The position numbers were made by a program, and so were the translations under genes. Below are positions 1-10,055 of a stretch of 32,000 nt of DNA, piece after piece. The stretch comes from Sinorhizobium meliloti (GTDB lineage: Bacteria > Pseudomonadota > Alphaproteobacteria > Rhizobiales > Rhizobiaceae), in the NCBI RefSeq assembly GCF_017876815.1, contig NZ_JAGIOS010000001.1, forward strand, positions 3,360,001 to 3,392,000, read 5' to 3'. Position 1 is the stretch's first letter, and each line of letters starts with the position of its first letter. The notes beneath the pieces were generated by a model. It made no database searches. It was not told the DNA's origin and saw nothing but the letters and a program-made list of their open reading frames with translations.

Positions 1-661
1 GCGGCGGCTCCAGACTCGTCCGATCGAACGTCTCGACGTTGATCGCATGCTTCGGCAGCACGGGCGAAAGCCCCAGCAGAAGCGGAATCTCGCGATCGGC
101 CTCCTCGGTGAAGGTGAAGCGCACGCTACGTTCCCCGACCTTCTCCATCTTCGCAACCTTCGAGAGGCGGTTGCTGAAAGGCGCACGCCCTTTGTCGCGC
201 AACAATTCGAAGGTGAAGATCACGTCTTCGGCGGTCACCGGCCGGCCATCGGCCCAGCGCGCCTTGGGATTGAGGTTGAACTGGATGAAGGTGCGGTCAT
301 CGTCCCATTCGACGGTTTCGGCGAGCAGGCCGTACATCGTGAAGGGCTCGTCCTGTGAGCGCTGCATGAGGGATTCATAGACCAGGTTGCCAAAGCCAGG
401 GTCCCACATGCCGCGCGCGGTCGTGCGCATGCTCTTCAAGATGAACGGATTGAGGCTGTCGAACGTACCGACGACCCCGTAGGCGATCTTCCCGCCCTTC
501 TTCACCTGCGGATTGACGTAAGGGAAGTGCTTGAAATCGGCAGGCAAGGCGGGGTCGCCATGCATGGCGATCGCATGCACGGGCGCGGCCAGAGCACCAG
601 TGGCAAAACTGCTGGCTGCCAGGAGCATCACCAGGCCGGAAACAACTGCGCGCAACTTCAC
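1..661 (-). CDS. ABC transporter substrate-binding protein, family 5 (oligopeptide / YejA-like), N-terminal part; the gene runs off the left edge
   Basis: My own minus-strand translation from GTG at 661 gives VKLRAVVSGLVMLLAASSFATGALAAPVHAIAMHGDP..GKIAYGVVGTFDSLNPF..WADGRPVTAEDVIFTFELL. This is a signal peptide followed by motifs typical of SBP family 5. It stays open to position 1. The ORF track omits it because it is truncated. Confidence 0.75.
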   Translation of the reverse strand, partial: MKLRAVVSGLVMLLAASSFATGALAAPVHAIAMHGDPALPADFKHFPYVNPQVKKGGKIAYGVVGTFDSLNPFILKSMRTTARGMWDPGFGNLVYESLMQRSQDEPFTMYGLLAETVEWDDDRTFIQFNLNPKARWADGRPVTAEDVIFTFELLRDKGRAPFSNRLSKVAKMEKVGERSVRFTFTEEADREIPLLLGLSPVLPKHAINVETFDRTSLEPP

Positions 662-974
662 CTCCCGTGGGGATTCAACAGGCCGATTCCGCGCAAGGTA
701 TCAATGCGGGAGCGCATTTCCAACCGGCGCCGGGTCGGGAAAAGAACAAAGCAGGCTCCTGCCACATCCCGCACCGGTTCGAAAGGGCCGCTCAAAGCAA
801 ATGATTGCACAAAATCGCAACAAACACTGGATAAACCGCACAAGCCAATGTAACAGGTGTTTCCGGAATCGGGGCCATTCAAATGCCTCATTTGGCCAAC
901 AGGACAACGGCGGCTGACGATACTCACTCTGCGGAACTCTGTTCCGTGACCGGATTTCAGGAGACGGAATCACA

Positions 975-1604
975 ATGATCTTCAAGTCGAACTTCACCAC
1001 ACGCGCGGGATTGGCAGCGCTGGCGCTTTCTTTCGCAGCAGCCGGTGCGCCGAGCGTCGCATCCGCGCAGCAGGCGGGAGGCAAGCCGCCGCAGGGTTGG
1101 TTCAAGGTCTGCACCAAGCAGGAAGACAACGATGTCTGCATCGTCCAGAACCTGCTCACCGCCAATAACGGCCAGCTTGTGACGGCCGTCGGCCTCATTA
1201 CCGTCTCCGGCAAGGTCAATCGCAAGGTCATGCAGGTTTCCGTACCGTCCGCGCGCATGATCCCGCCCGGCGTTCAAATGCAGATCGACGGTGGCAAGGG
1301 CGTCAAGCTCGATTACGCGATCTGCATGCCGGACAAGTGCGTTGCCGAAGCGCCGCTCTCCGACGCGCTTATTGCGCAGCTGAAGAAGGGCAACGAGGTC
1401 GTCTTCACCTCGGTCAATTTCCAGCGCGCTCCGAACCCAATCAAGATGTCGCTCGAAGGCTTCACCGGCGTATTCGACGGCGAACCGATCGAGCAGTCTC
1501 AGCTTGAAGAGCGTCAGCGCCTCCTGCAGGAAGAGATGCAGAAGAAGGCAGAAGATGCCCGCAAGAAGCTGGAAGAGGCGCAAAAGGCTGCCAAGCAGCA
1601 GTAA
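975..1604 (+). CDS. Invasion-associated locus B (IalB) family periplasmic protein
   Basis: 209-aa ORF with a signal peptide (ALALSFAAAGAPSVASA). It has a GWFKVC..CMPDKC core typical of the IalB family and a Lys/Glu-rich C-terminal tail. A terminator follows. Confidence 0.8.
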   Translation: MIFKSNFTTRAGLAALALSFAAAGAPSVASAQQAGGKPPQGWFKVCTKQEDNDVCIVQNLLTANNGQLVTAVGLITVSGKVNRKVMQVSVPSARMIPPGVQMQIDGGKGVKLDYAICMPDKCVAEAPLSDALIAQLKKGNEVVFTSVNFQRAPNPIKMSLEGFTGVFDGEPIEQSQLEERQRLLQEEMQKKAEDARKKLEEAQKAAKQQ

Positions 1605-1630
1605 TCATTAGCTTCTCTGAGTAAAGAAAG

Positions 1631-1661
1631 ACGCCCGGGTCAACGATCCGGGCGTATTTTT
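1631..1661 (+). terminator. Rho-independent terminator downstream of the ialB-family gene
   Basis: Stem ACGCCCGG / CCGGGCGT with a 9-nt loop, followed by ATTTTT. Confidence 0.8.
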
Positions 1662-1760
1662 GTACCTGCATCCGCCGACAATTGCGGCGACTCCACGTTT
1701 TCAGCCCGGCGCCTGAGCGGACGCGGCAGCTATCCGCACGCACCCTTTCCTCATCCCGCT

Positions 1761-2090
1761 CTAATGCTGATAAGTGGCCTTGGGCTTGTAGTGTCCGGCG
1801 TCGGCCTTTTCGAACAGAGCGTCCACCTGGGGATGGCGGATCGGCCTGTCGCTGTCATCGGAAACGAGGTTCTGTTCCGAAACATAGGCGACGTATTCGC
1901 TTTCGTCGTTCTCCGCAAACAGGTGATAGAAGGGCTGGTCCTTTTCGGGCCGGATCTCCTGCGGAATCGCATTCCACCATTCCTCGGTGTTCGCATATTC
2001 CGGGTCGACGTCGAAGACGACGCCGCGGAACGGGAACATCCGATGGCGAACCACCTGTCCGATCTCAAACTTGGCGTTTCTTTGTTTCAT
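1761..2090 (-). CDS. hspQ: Heat shock protein HspQ (YccV / hemimethylated-DNA-binding domain)
   Basis: Translation MKQRNAKFEIGQVVRHRMFPFRGVVFDVDPEY..FYHLFAENDESEYVAYVSEQNL matches the HspQ family signature. Start is placed at the ATG at 2090 (M5 of the tracked ORF). Confidence 0.8.
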   Translation of the reverse strand: MKQRNAKFEIGQVVRHRMFPFRGVVFDVDPEYANTEEWWNAIPQEIRPEKDQPFYHLFAENDESEYVAYVSEQNLVSDDSDRPIRHPQVDALFEKADAGHYKPKATYQH

Positions 2091-2271
2091 GACGCAACAC
2101 ATCCTTTCAGACAGTTATCTGGGTTGTCGCATATGGAACATCAAGAGGCGCGCGCCTCCGGGGGCGAGCCTTCCATCGGCGTCGAACTGAAAAGGCGGGT
2201 TTCGGATGAAGCCCGCCTTCCCTCGTTTCATCTTGCATGGACAGAACCTGTGAGGGCCGTCCGCTCCGCCA

Positions 2272-3681
2272 TCAGACGGAATAGTACATGTCGAACTCGA
2301 CCGGGTGCGGCGTCATTTCGAAGCGCATGACTTCCTGCATCTTCAGTTCGATGAAGGAGTCGATCTGGTCGTCGTCGAAAACGCCGCCAGCGGTCAGGAA
2401 CTTGCGGTCCTTGTCGAGGCTTTCGAGCGCTTCGCGCAGGCTGCCGCAGACGGTCGGGATCTTCTTCAGTTCCTTCGGCGGCAGGTCGTAGAGGTCCTTG
2501 TCCATGGCCTTGCCGGGGTGGAGCTTGTTCTTGATGCCGTCGAGACCGGCCATCAGCATCGCGGCGAAGGCGAGGTAGGGGTTCGCCGTCGGATCGGGGA
2601 AGCGGACTTCGACGCGCTTCGCCTTCGGGTTGGTGCCGAAGGGGATGCGGCAGGAGGCCGAGCGGTTGCGGGCCGAATAGGCGAGCAGGACCGGTGCTTC
2701 ATAACCCGGGACGAGGCGCTTGTAGGAGTTCGTCGACGGGTTGGTGAAGGCATTCAGCGCCTTGGCATGCTTGATGATGCCACCGATGAAGTAGAGGCAG
2801 GATTCGGAAAGCCCGGCATACTCGTCGCCGGCAAAGGTCGGCTTGCCGTCCTTCCAGATCGACAAATGCACGTGCATGCCCGAGCCGTTGTCGCCGAAGA
2901 TCGGCTTCGGCATGAAGGTCGCGGTCTTGCCATAGGCATTGGCGACCTGGTGCACGACATACTTGTAGATCTGCATCTTGTCGGCATTGCGCACGAGGGC
3001 ATCGAACTTGACGCCCAGCTCGTGCTGCGCCGCTGCCACTTCGTGGTGATGCTTTTCAACCGTCACGCCCATTTCGGACAGCACGGTCAGCATTTCGGAG
3101 CGCATGTCCTGGCTGCTGTCAACCGGCGGAACCGGGAAATAGCCGCCCTTGACACGGGGGCGGTGACCGAGGTTGCCGGTCTCGTAGTCCGTGTCGTCGT
3201 TGGAGGGCAGTTCGGAGCTGTCGAGCTTGAAACCGGTGTTGTACGGATCGGCCTTGTACTTGACGTCGTCGAAGACGAAGAATTCCGCTTCCGGACCTAC
3301 GAAGACCGTGTCGCCGATGCCGGAGGCCTTGAGGTAGGCTTCTGCCTTCTTGGCCGTGCCGCGCGGGTCGCGGTTATAGGCTTCGCCCGAAACCGGATCG
3401 AGAATGTCGCAGAAGATGACCATCGTGGACTGGGCGAAGAACGGGTCCATATGCGCCGTTTCCGGATCGGGCATCAGCACCATGTCGGATTCGTTGATAG
3501 CCTTCCAGCCGCCGATCGAGGAACCGTCGAACATGACGCCGTCGGCGAACATGTCTTCGTCGACGCAGACGACATCCATCGTCACGTGCTGCAGCTTGCC
3601 CTTGGGGTCGGTAAAGCGCAGGTCTACGAACTTGACGTCGTTTTCCTTGATCTGCTTCAGAACTTCATTCGCAGTCGTCAT
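2272..3681 (-). CDS. glnA: Glutamine synthetase type I
   Basis: 469 aa from the ATG at 3681 ([36 protein letters not shown]...). Canonical GSI motifs are present, including the adenylylation-region NLYDLPPKE. The tracked ORF starts at an upstream TTG. Confidence 0.97.
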   Translation of the reverse strand: MTTANEVLKQIKENDVKFVDLRFTDPKGKLQHVTMDVVCVDEDMFADGVMFDGSSIGGWKAINESDMVLMPDPETAHMDPFFAQSTMVIFCDILDPVSGEAYNRDPRGTAKKAEAYLKASGIGDTVFVGPEAEFFVFDDVKYKADPYNTGFKLDSSELPSNDDTDYETGNLGHRPRVKGGYFPVPPVDSSQDMRSEMLTVLSEMGVTVEKHHHEVAAAQHELGVKFDALVRNADKMQIYKYVVHQVANAYGKTATFMPKPIFGDNGSGMHVHLSIWKDGKPTFAGDEYAGLSESCLYFIGGIIKHAKALNAFTNPSTNSYKRLVPGYEAPVLLAYSARNRSASCRIPFGTNPKAKRVEVRFPDPTANPYLAFAAMLMAGLDGIKNKLHPGKAMDKDLYDLPPKELKKIPTVCGSLREALESLDKDRKFLTAGGVFDDDQIDSFIELKMQEVMRFEMTPHPVEFDMYYSV

Positions 3682-3763
3682 TTGTTGCAATTCCCTGTGT
3701 GATGACGAGGATTGGAAAGACGGGGCCGGACGGCCCCCGGATAGGTGAGATCGCCAGACGCGA

Positions 3764-4159
<396 letters not shown>

Positions 4160-4162
4160 CTA

Positions 4163-4178
4163 TGCACGTAGCGTGCCA
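4163..4178 (-). promoter_or_regulatory. Sigma54 (-24/-12) type promoter upstream of glnB
   Basis: The minus strand reads TGGCAC-GCTAC-GTGCA, close to the TGGCAC-N5-TTGCA consensus. It lies about 60 nt upstream of the glnB ATG. Confidence 0.6.
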
Positions 4179-4353
4179 CTTTTGTAGAGGAATGACGCGC
4201 AGATTGCGAAATTTCCAGTGGTAACGCGATAGGTGCCGATGGGGCAGTGGCTTCTGCAATGGCATTCTGCCTATTTTTTATGAGGTTTTGAGTGTTCGAC
4301 GCCGGCGCGCGACGGAGGATCGCTGCGTTTCGTGCTCGAAGCATGTTATTTGA

Positions 4354-4376
4354 GCACTTATAGTGTGCAAATGCAC
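4354..4376. promoter_or_regulatory. Candidate NtrC-type enhancer (UAS) sites
   Basis: GCAC-N7-GTGC dyad at 4354-4368, overlapping a second GTGCAAATGCAC dyad at 4365-4376. Both lie about 190 bp upstream of the sigma54-like promoter. Confidence 0.45.
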
Positions 4377-4448
4377 ATTTCTTAGTCACGTCGCTTTCCG
4401 TCAACGCTGCTCTTGTCTTGCGCTTTCGGTCGGGATTAGATCGCTTCC

Positions 4449-5933
4449 ATGCTTCAGGCGCTTTCGAATGTCCTCGTGACCCCGGCGGAAATGACAGCGG
4501 TCGACAAGGATGCCGCGCGTTCGGGGATCGATAGCTTCTCGCTCATGCGTTCGGCGGGAACGGCCGTATCAGCCGCCGCCTTGCGGCTTTACCCGGAAGC
4601 ATTGCGCTTTGTGGTGCTTTGCGGCCCGGGCAACAACGGCGGCGATGGCTATATCGCCGCTGCCGCGCTCGCCGATACCGGCGCAAGCGTCGCCGTCTTT
4701 GCGCTCGGCGACGCGGCGATGCTGAAGGGCGACGCCGCGCGGGCGCGCGATGCCTTTGCGCTTGTACCGCGACCCCTCGACGCCTACGGGCCGCAATCGG
4801 GTGATGTCGTCATCGACGCACTTTTCGGGGCAGGGCTTGCGCGCGATGTGCCGGACGAGGCGAGAACAGTCATCGAGCAAGTGAATGCGAGCGGAGTACC
4901 GGTCCTCGCCGTGGACCTGCCATCCGGCATAGACGGGCGGACGGGCGAAATCCGGGGCTTGAGTTTCGTTGCGGCCCACACGGTGACGTTCATGGCGGCC
5001 AAACCCGGCCATCTGCTGATGCCGGGTCGCGCCCGCTGCGGCACGCTTGAAATTTTCGATATCGGCATTCCGGCAAGGCTCGTTGCGGATAGAGCCGGCG
5101 ATCTTCACGTCAACACACCCGCGATGTGGGAGCAACACCTCGGCGCGCTCGATCCCGCGACCCACAAATACAAACGCGGCCATCTCGCCGTGCTTTGCGG
5201 CGGACCGGTTTCGACCGGGGCCGCGCGGCTGTCGGCGGCGGCCGGCCTGCGCGCCGGCGCGGGGCTGGTGACGCTTGCCTCTCCGGCGGAAGCGCTCGCC
5301 GTCAATGCGGCGCACCTCACCGCCGTCATGCTCAAGGAAATCAACAACGCTGCCGGCCTTGCCGCCTGGCTCAAGGACAGACGCCTGAATGCCTTCGTTC
5401 TCGGACCCGGCTTCGGCGTCGGCAAAAAGGCGCGGGATTTCGTGCTCATGCTCTGCGGCCGCGCACTGGTGCTCGATGCCGACGGGATAAGTTCGTTCCG
5501 AGAGGGCAGGGAGCAACTCTTCGACAGGATCGCGGCAGAGGGCGGTGAGGTGGTGATGACGCCGCACGAAGGGGAGTTCGCCCGGCTCTTTCCGGATATC
5601 GCCGAGGATGCGGCGCTGTCCAAGATCGAAAAGGCTCAGGCCGCAGCAAGGCTCAGCCATGCCGTGATCGTCTATAAGGGGCCGGATACGGTCGTTGCCG
5701 CGCCGTCCGGCCGGGCCGCCGTCAATGTCAACGCGCCGCCCTGGCTCGCGACGGCAGGTTCGGGCGACGTACTTGCGGGGATCATCGGCGCCCACCTGGC
5801 ACAGGGGATGCCTGCTTTCCAGGCGGCAGCGTCCGCGGTCTGGCGCCACGGCGAGGCCGGTGTCGTGGCCGGCCGCACGGCAACGGCCGAGAGCCTTGTC
5901 GAGAGCATAGCGCCGCTTCGAGGGAATGCTTAG
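4449..5933 (+). CDS. nnr: Bifunctional NAD(P)H-hydrate repair enzyme (epimerase / ADP-dependent dehydratase)
   Basis: 494 aa. The N-terminal YjeF_N region carries GPGNNGGDG. The C-terminal carbohydrate-kinase region carries GSGDVLAG. Confidence 0.9.
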   Translation: MLQALSNVLVTPAEMTAVDKDAARSGIDSFSLMRSAGTAVSAAALRLYPEALRFVVLCGPGNNGGDGYIAAAALADTGASVAVFALGDAAMLKGDAARARDAFALVPRPLDAYGPQSGDVVIDALFGAGLARDVPDEARTVIEQVNASGVPVLAVDLPSGIDGRTGEIRGLSFVAAHTVTFMAAKPGHLLMPGRARCGTLEIFDIGIPARLVADRAGDLHVNTPAMWEQHLGALDPATHKYKRGHLAVLCGGPVSTGAARLSAAAGLRAGAGLVTLASPAEALAVNAAHLTAVMLKEINNAAGLAAWLKDRRLNAFVLGPGFGVGKKARDFVLMLCGRALVLDADGISSFREGREQLFDRIAAEGGEVVMTPHEGEFARLFPDIAEDAALSKIEKAQAAARLSHAVIVYKGPDTVVAAPSGRAAVNVNAPPWLATAGSGDVLAGIIGAHLAQGMPAFQAAASAVWRHGEAGVVAGRTATAESLVESIAPLRGNA

Positions 5934-5979
5934 AACGCCGAGCGTCCTGTCAGGAGAGCACTTCCAGCAAAGTGTTGGG

Positions 5980-6012
5980 GTGTTTCACTTTGTCGATGAA
6001 ACAGTGAAACAC
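5980..6012. terminator. Hairpin between convergent nnr and gpt (possible bidirectional terminator)
   Basis: Perfect 10-bp arms GTGTTTCACT / AGTGAAACAC with a 13-nt loop. There is no strong T-run. Confidence 0.4.
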
Positions 6013-6013
6013 G

Positions 6014-6511
6014 CTAGCCGCGCGTGCCCTTGGCAATCGGTTCCTGGTAGGTGAAACCGAGGTCCCAGGGGAAGTAGATCCAGGTATCCTGGCTGACTTC
6101 GGTCACGAAAGTGTCGACGAGGGGGCGACCCTTCGGCTTTGCGTAAACCGCAGCGAAATGCGCCCTCGGCAGCATCGCGCGAACCTCGGCGGCAGTCTTG
6201 CCGGTGTCGGTCAGATCGTCGACGATGAGAACGCCTTCGCCCCCATCCTTTGCGATCTCAGGCGAGATGCTCTTGAGCACCTTCATCTGGCCCTGCGTGT
6301 CGTAGTCGTGATAGGAGGCGATGCAGACCGTTTCGATCATCCGGATGTTGAGTTCCCGGCTGACGATAGCGGCCGGAACAAGGCCGCCGCGCGTGATGCA
6401 GACCATCGCGCGCCATTCCTGCCCGTTGTCGGCCAGCCGCCAGGCCAGGGCACGGGCGTCACGGTGGAATTGATCCCAGGATACAGGAAAGGCTTTCTCG
6501 GGAAGAGACAT
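6014..6511 (-). CDS. gpt: Xanthine-guanine phosphoribosyltransferase
   Basis: 165 aa with the PRPP-binding motif [13 protein letters not shown] and Gpt-like N-terminal and C-terminal regions. Confidence 0.9.
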   Translation of the reverse strand: MSLPEKAFPVSWDQFHRDARALAWRLADNGQEWRAMVCITRGGLVPAAIVSRELNIRMIETVCIASYHDYDTQGQMKVLKSISPEIAKDGGEGVLIVDDLTDTGKTAAEVRAMLPRAHFAAVYAKPKGRPLVDTFVTEVSQDTWIYFPWDLGFTYQEPIAKGTRG

Positions 6512-6680
6512 GACGGACTCCGGCTTCTTTGCGCTGTCGGCGATAAGCGTTGCTGCAGTTCGACGGCCACGCCGCCGACACTAGTTCATGCCTGATGCAA
6601 TAGCGGCAATGAAGCCGAAAGTGCAAGAGCCAGTCCAGCCGCGAGCACCGCGATCTGCAATGATTTCGCCGACGCGGAGT

Positions 6681-7442
6681 TCAGGGCTGGTGTTTCTCGC
6701 GTGATCGGCCGATCGCCTCGATCATCGCGATCACCTCGGTTTCGGCGGCGCCAAGCACCGTGGCATCGCGGGCCCGGATCACGATATCCGTCGAGAAGCT
6801 CTTGCCGTCGAATCTCGGATAGGAGCCGATGCTCGTTTCGGGATGGTTCTTCTGCACCTCGGTCAGCGGCGCTCCGATGTCGCCCTCGCCATAGGGCGAG
6901 CGAACCGTACGGGAAAGGACGGGCGTGCCGGTCTCAAGGCTCGGCAGCAGCGCGTCGAGCATCGCCTGGAACACCTGGGGCACGCCGGCCATGACATAGA
7001 CGTTCTCGATGGCGAAGCCGGGTGCGGTCGATACCGGATTGGGAATGTGGGTCGCGCCTTCAGGCATGCGGGCCATCCGCTTGCGCGCCTCGGTGAACTC
7101 CATGCCGCGGCGCTCGTACATCGCGGCAAGCAGCTCCATTGCCTTCGGCTCGTGAATGCACTCGACCCCGAAGGCCTTCGAAATCGCATCGGCAGTGATG
7201 TCGTCATGGGTCGGACCGATGCCGCCGGAAGTAAACACGTGGCGGTAGCGGCTGCGCAGGGCATTGAGCGCCTCCACGATCGCGTCCTGGTCGTCGGCGA
7301 CGATGCGCACCTCGCGCAGATCGATGCCGACCATCGTGAGCATATCGGCGAGGTGGCCGATGTTCTTGTCCTTGGTCCGGCCGGAGAGAAGCTCGTCGCC
7401 GATGGCGAGCATGGCGGCGGTGACGATCGTGGGGCTGGTCAT
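6681..7442 (-). CDS. CinA-like competence/damage-inducible protein (molybdopterin-binding MoCF domain)
   Basis: 253 aa, AIGDELLSGRTKDKNIGHLA..TSGGIGPTHDDITADA, typical of the CinA N-terminal domain family. Confidence 0.8.
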   Translation of the reverse strand: MTSPTIVTAAMLAIGDELLSGRTKDKNIGHLADMLTMVGIDLREVRIVADDQDAIVEALNALRSRYRHVFTSGGIGPTHDDITADAISKAFGVECIHEPKAMELLAAMYERRGMEFTEARKRMARMPEGATHIPNPVSTAPGFAIENVYVMAGVPQVFQAMLDALLPSLETGTPVLSRTVRSPYGEGDIGAPLTEVQKNHPETSIGSYPRFDGKSFSTDIVIRARDATVLGAAETEVIAMIEAIGRSREKHQP

Positions 7443-7603
7443 TGGCGCTCCAGGCGTATTCGGATCGCGAACGCGATCTCGTCAGTGTTGAAAAAAGCTG
7501 AACAGTCTGTCGACCATCCCTGCACTGGCAGTGGTATGCGTTTTGATAAATCCTGCCGGCCGCGGCGATCAAGCGGAATTGCCGGACAACAAGGAGTATC
7601 GTT

Positions 7604-8203
7604 TTGGCTAGAGTACTGGTTCTTTACTATTCGGCCTATGGGCATATCGAGACGATGGCCCATGCGGTCGCGGAAGGTGCAAGATCGGCCGGTGCCGAAG
7701 TAGCCGTCAAGCGCGTTCCGGAACTCGTGCCGGAGGACGTGGCGAAAGCTTCGCATTTCAAGCTCGACCAGCCGGCACCGGTCGCGACCGTCGAGGAGCT
7801 GGCGGATTACGATGCAATCATCTTCGGCGCGGGCACCCGCTACGGGACCGTCGCTTCGCAATTGCGTAACTTTATCGACCAGACCGGCGGCCTCTGGGCA
7901 AAAGGGAAGCTCGTCGGCAAGGTGGGCTCCGCCTTCACCTCGTCGGCGACCCAGCACGGCGGCCAGGAATCAACGATTCTCGGCCTCATTCCCACGATGA
8001 TGCATCACGGCATGGTGGTCGTCGGACTTCCCTATGCCTTCCAGGGTCAGATGGGCGTTGAGGAAGTCAAGGGCGGATCGCCCTATGGCGCCTCGACGAT
8101 CACCGGCGGCGACGGTTCGCGCCAGCCCTCCGCGGTCGAACTCGAAGCCGCCCGCTTTCAGGGTGCGCATGTCGCGCGGATTGCCGCAAAGCTCGCGGAC
8201 TGA
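7604..8203 (+). CDS. wrbA: NAD(P)H:quinone oxidoreductase WrbA (flavodoxin-like)
   Basis: 199 aa, (TTG)[18 protein letters not shown]... AAGGAG lies 7 nt upstream of the TTG start. A terminator follows. Confidence 0.92.
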   Translation: MARVLVLYYSAYGHIETMAHAVAEGARSAGAEVAVKRVPELVPEDVAKASHFKLDQPAPVATVEELADYDAIIFGAGTRYGTVASQLRNFIDQTGGLWAKGKLVGKVGSAFTSSATQHGGQESTILGLIPTMMHHGMVVVGLPYAFQGQMGVEEVKGGSPYGASTITGGDGSRQPSAVELEAARFQGAHVARIAAKLAD

Positions 8204-8220
8204 CGACCTTCAACCTTCGT

Positions 8221-8252
8221 GCGCGGCTCCCGATCGAGCCGCGCCCTTTTTT
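8221..8252 (+). terminator. Rho-independent terminator after wrbA
   Basis: Stem GCGCGGCTC / GAGCCGCGC with a 6-nt loop, then CCTTTTTT. Confidence 0.8.
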
Positions 8253-8352
8253 GCGGGCGATTCGGATCACAGTCCGCCCCTCGGCCGGGTCGCGGAATAT
8301 CGGCCCGCAAGCCTTCGCAAATGTGGCCCAATGGGGCAATTTTGTGTTAACA

Positions 8353-8399
8353 TCGCCGCATTCGGCATCAGAAATGCCCGACGGCGACGTGCTTTTTTT
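8353..8399 (+). terminator. Orphan hairpin plus T7 run with no upstream CDS (possible 3' end of a small RNA)
   Basis: TCGCCG..CGGCGA outer stem and TTCGGCAT/ATGCCCGA inner stem with one bulge. TTTTTTT follows 5 nt after the stem. Confidence 0.35.
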
Positions 8400-8557
8400 A
8401 GCAGGCAAGGTCGCTACAGCACTTTGAATGGCTGCGTGTTTTTCTCAGACCGGCTCCGATTCAGGGAAGCATGCGGCAGCAAGGAGGAACTAAAGGGCCC
8501 GCGCGGCGCGGCCCGTCGAGGGCAGGGACTGTCCTTGAACATCCATGGGAGTGAAGG

Positions 8558-8800
8558 ATGGTGCAGATCACTTATTTCATCGTTCCACACGATGGAGGCT
8601 GGGCCTACAAGGCAGCCGATGCATATTCAGAGCCCTTTCCCAGTCGCGAGATGGCGCTGGCGGCCGCCAAAGCTGCAGCAGCCGAACAGCAGGTCGGCGG
8701 CGACGACGAGGAGATCAGCTTCCAGGATGAGAAGGGAAACTGGCATTTCGAACATGCCGACGGCGGAGATCGACCGGAAGCAACCGTAGAGGATGGCTGA
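8558..8800 (+). CDS. DUF2188-like small protein
   Basis: 80 aa, MVQITYFIVPHDGGWAYKAADAYSEPFPSREMALAAAKAAAAEQ..., matching the pattern I recall for DUF2188. A GGGAG-type RBS lies upstream. Confidence 0.6.
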   Translation: MVQITYFIVPHDGGWAYKAADAYSEPFPSREMALAAAKAAAAEQQVGGDDEEISFQDEKGNWHFEHADGGDRPEATVEDG

Positions 8801-8888
8801 CGATGCTGCGTTGGAGGGCAATTGACGCGAAGCCGTTGTCCTTGGTTATGCGACCCGCGCAGGCGGCGACCGAAAATGGAGAATTTCC

Positions 8889-9107
8889 ATGCATTACAAT
8901 GTTCAGATCTTTACCTGGACTGCACGCCTGGGCGTTCACCAGGTCGGATCAGTCATCGAAATAGACGCGCCGAATCCCAAGGCGGCGGCGATTTCGCTGT
9001 TGGGATTGCGGCTTGACGAGACCGGCGAGTCGTCAAAGCTGGCCGTCAGGGTGTGGAGAGGAGAGGACGCCACGCGAGCCGACTGCGACTGTTTCTACTA
9101 TCATTGA
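8889..9107 (+). CDS. Hypothetical small protein
   Basis: 72-aa ORF with an ATG start and GC that looks lower than its surroundings by eye. I recognise no family. Confidence 0.4.
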   Translation: MHYNVQIFTWTARLGVHQVGSVIEIDAPNPKAAAISLLGLRLDETGESSKLAVRVWRGEDATRADCDCFYYH

Positions 9108-9150
9108 GCCGGTCATTGCCGGCGCCCTCGCCGCACAGCCGGGCCTCTGT

Positions 9151-9390
9151 TCAGGCCAGTTTCTTTTGTGCGTTGGCCTGACTGACGAAGGCTTGTCCCG
9201 CTCGCAGAAGAAGTCCCTCATCTCTCGTGCCGGACTGATATTCCCGGATCAGCATCCTCCCGAACCGCCGAGCCTGCGCGCTCTCGCGCGGCCATCGATG
9301 TTCGCGGCACAGCTTGTCGAACACGCGCTGCAGCGTGTCGAGGTCTTCGGAAAGCAAGGCTATGCCGCCGAACGCTTGCAGTGAACGCAC
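9151..9390 (-). CDS. Hypothetical small protein
   Basis: 79-aa ORF predicted to be helical. I recognise no family. Confidence 0.4.
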   Translation of the reverse strand: MRSLQAFGGIALLSEDLDTLQRVFDKLCREHRWPRESAQARRFGRMLIREYQSGTRDEGLLLRAGQAFVSQANAQKKLA

Positions 9391-9598
9391 GCCCCACCCT
9401 CCGTAATCATCATCAAGGATGCCCTTGAGCCCTGCATTATCTTGCCATTGACATGCCGCGATTGAACCCCTGGCGAATCAGGGGTTGCAAAATTTCTTGG
9501 GCAGATGCCATTCCCCGATCCTCGAACGGGCCGGCAGGGCCATGAGGAACCTTCAGAAATGTCCGGGGTTGATCTGGCGAGACCGAAAGGAGCGAGCC

Positions 9599-9850
9599 AT
9601 GAGCAATCCCAAATATGACGATCTGACGGACCAGCCGATGCCGTCTCCCACATGGAAACCGGAACCGAAAGAAATGGACATGGAGCCACAGCCGCTCCCG
9701 GATCAGGCGGCGGAATCCGGCACCGACGAGCCGCCGGCCAGAAGTGGCCAAACCACAAAGAAAGAGAAACCGGCCGAAGGCGCAGGATCGGACAATCCGA
9801 CCCATCACACCGGCCGCGTTCCTCCAAAGGTGACCGATGGCGAGCTTTGA
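9599..9850 (+). CDS. Hypothetical acidic, proline-rich, probably disordered protein
   Basis: The ATG at 9599 is preceded by AAGGAG. 83 aa (MSNPKYDDLTDQPMPSPTWKPEPKEMDMEPQPLPD...). Confidence 0.5.
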   Translation: MSNPKYDDLTDQPMPSPTWKPEPKEMDMEPQPLPDQAAESGTDEPPARSGQTTKKEKPAEGAGSDNPTHHTGRVPPKVTDGEL

Positions 9851-10055
9851 GCACGTCGAGCGGCTGACCCAACTTCAGGCGCGCGATTGGTGCGCGCCCC
9901 GTTAGAAGCCGGGCTTGCCCGCGCGCTGCAGAAACGATCTAATCGCTTCGATTCATGAGGTGCGGTTCCTCGGGATCGTTTCGCATCCGCGTGACTGTTT
10001 CATGCATGTCGTTGTGCCTGACCCGGGCACCGTATGGGGTTTTGGAGAGGGATCC

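Noticed and set aside
2305-3702. Very long ORFs antisense to real genes: 2305..3702(+), 4569..5849(-), 12829..14154(-), 15763..16899(-), 17639..18757(-), 19862..20767(+), 22858..23601(-), 23007..24035(+).
   Set aside because: These are typical shadow ORFs of high-GC DNA. Their translations are Arg/Gly/Ala/Pro-rich with no domain resemblance, while the opposite strand encodes well-recognised proteins such as glnA, nnr, ilvA, cpdB, ald, sseA and the SDR.
6560-6680. Possible 24-codon hydrophobic micro-ORF on the minus strand between gpt and the cinA-like gene (..QIAVLAAGLALALSASLPLLHQA).
   Set aside because: It has only a TTG start with no Shine-Dalgarno sequence, and no coupling to neighbours. 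Hydrophobic Ala/Leu runs arise easily by chance in GC-rich DNA.
8034-8789. 251-aa ORF across the wrbA 3' end and the downstream intergenic region.
   Set aside because: It overlaps wrbA out of frame and crosses two terminators. It is Arg/Pro/Ser-rich with no recognisable domain.
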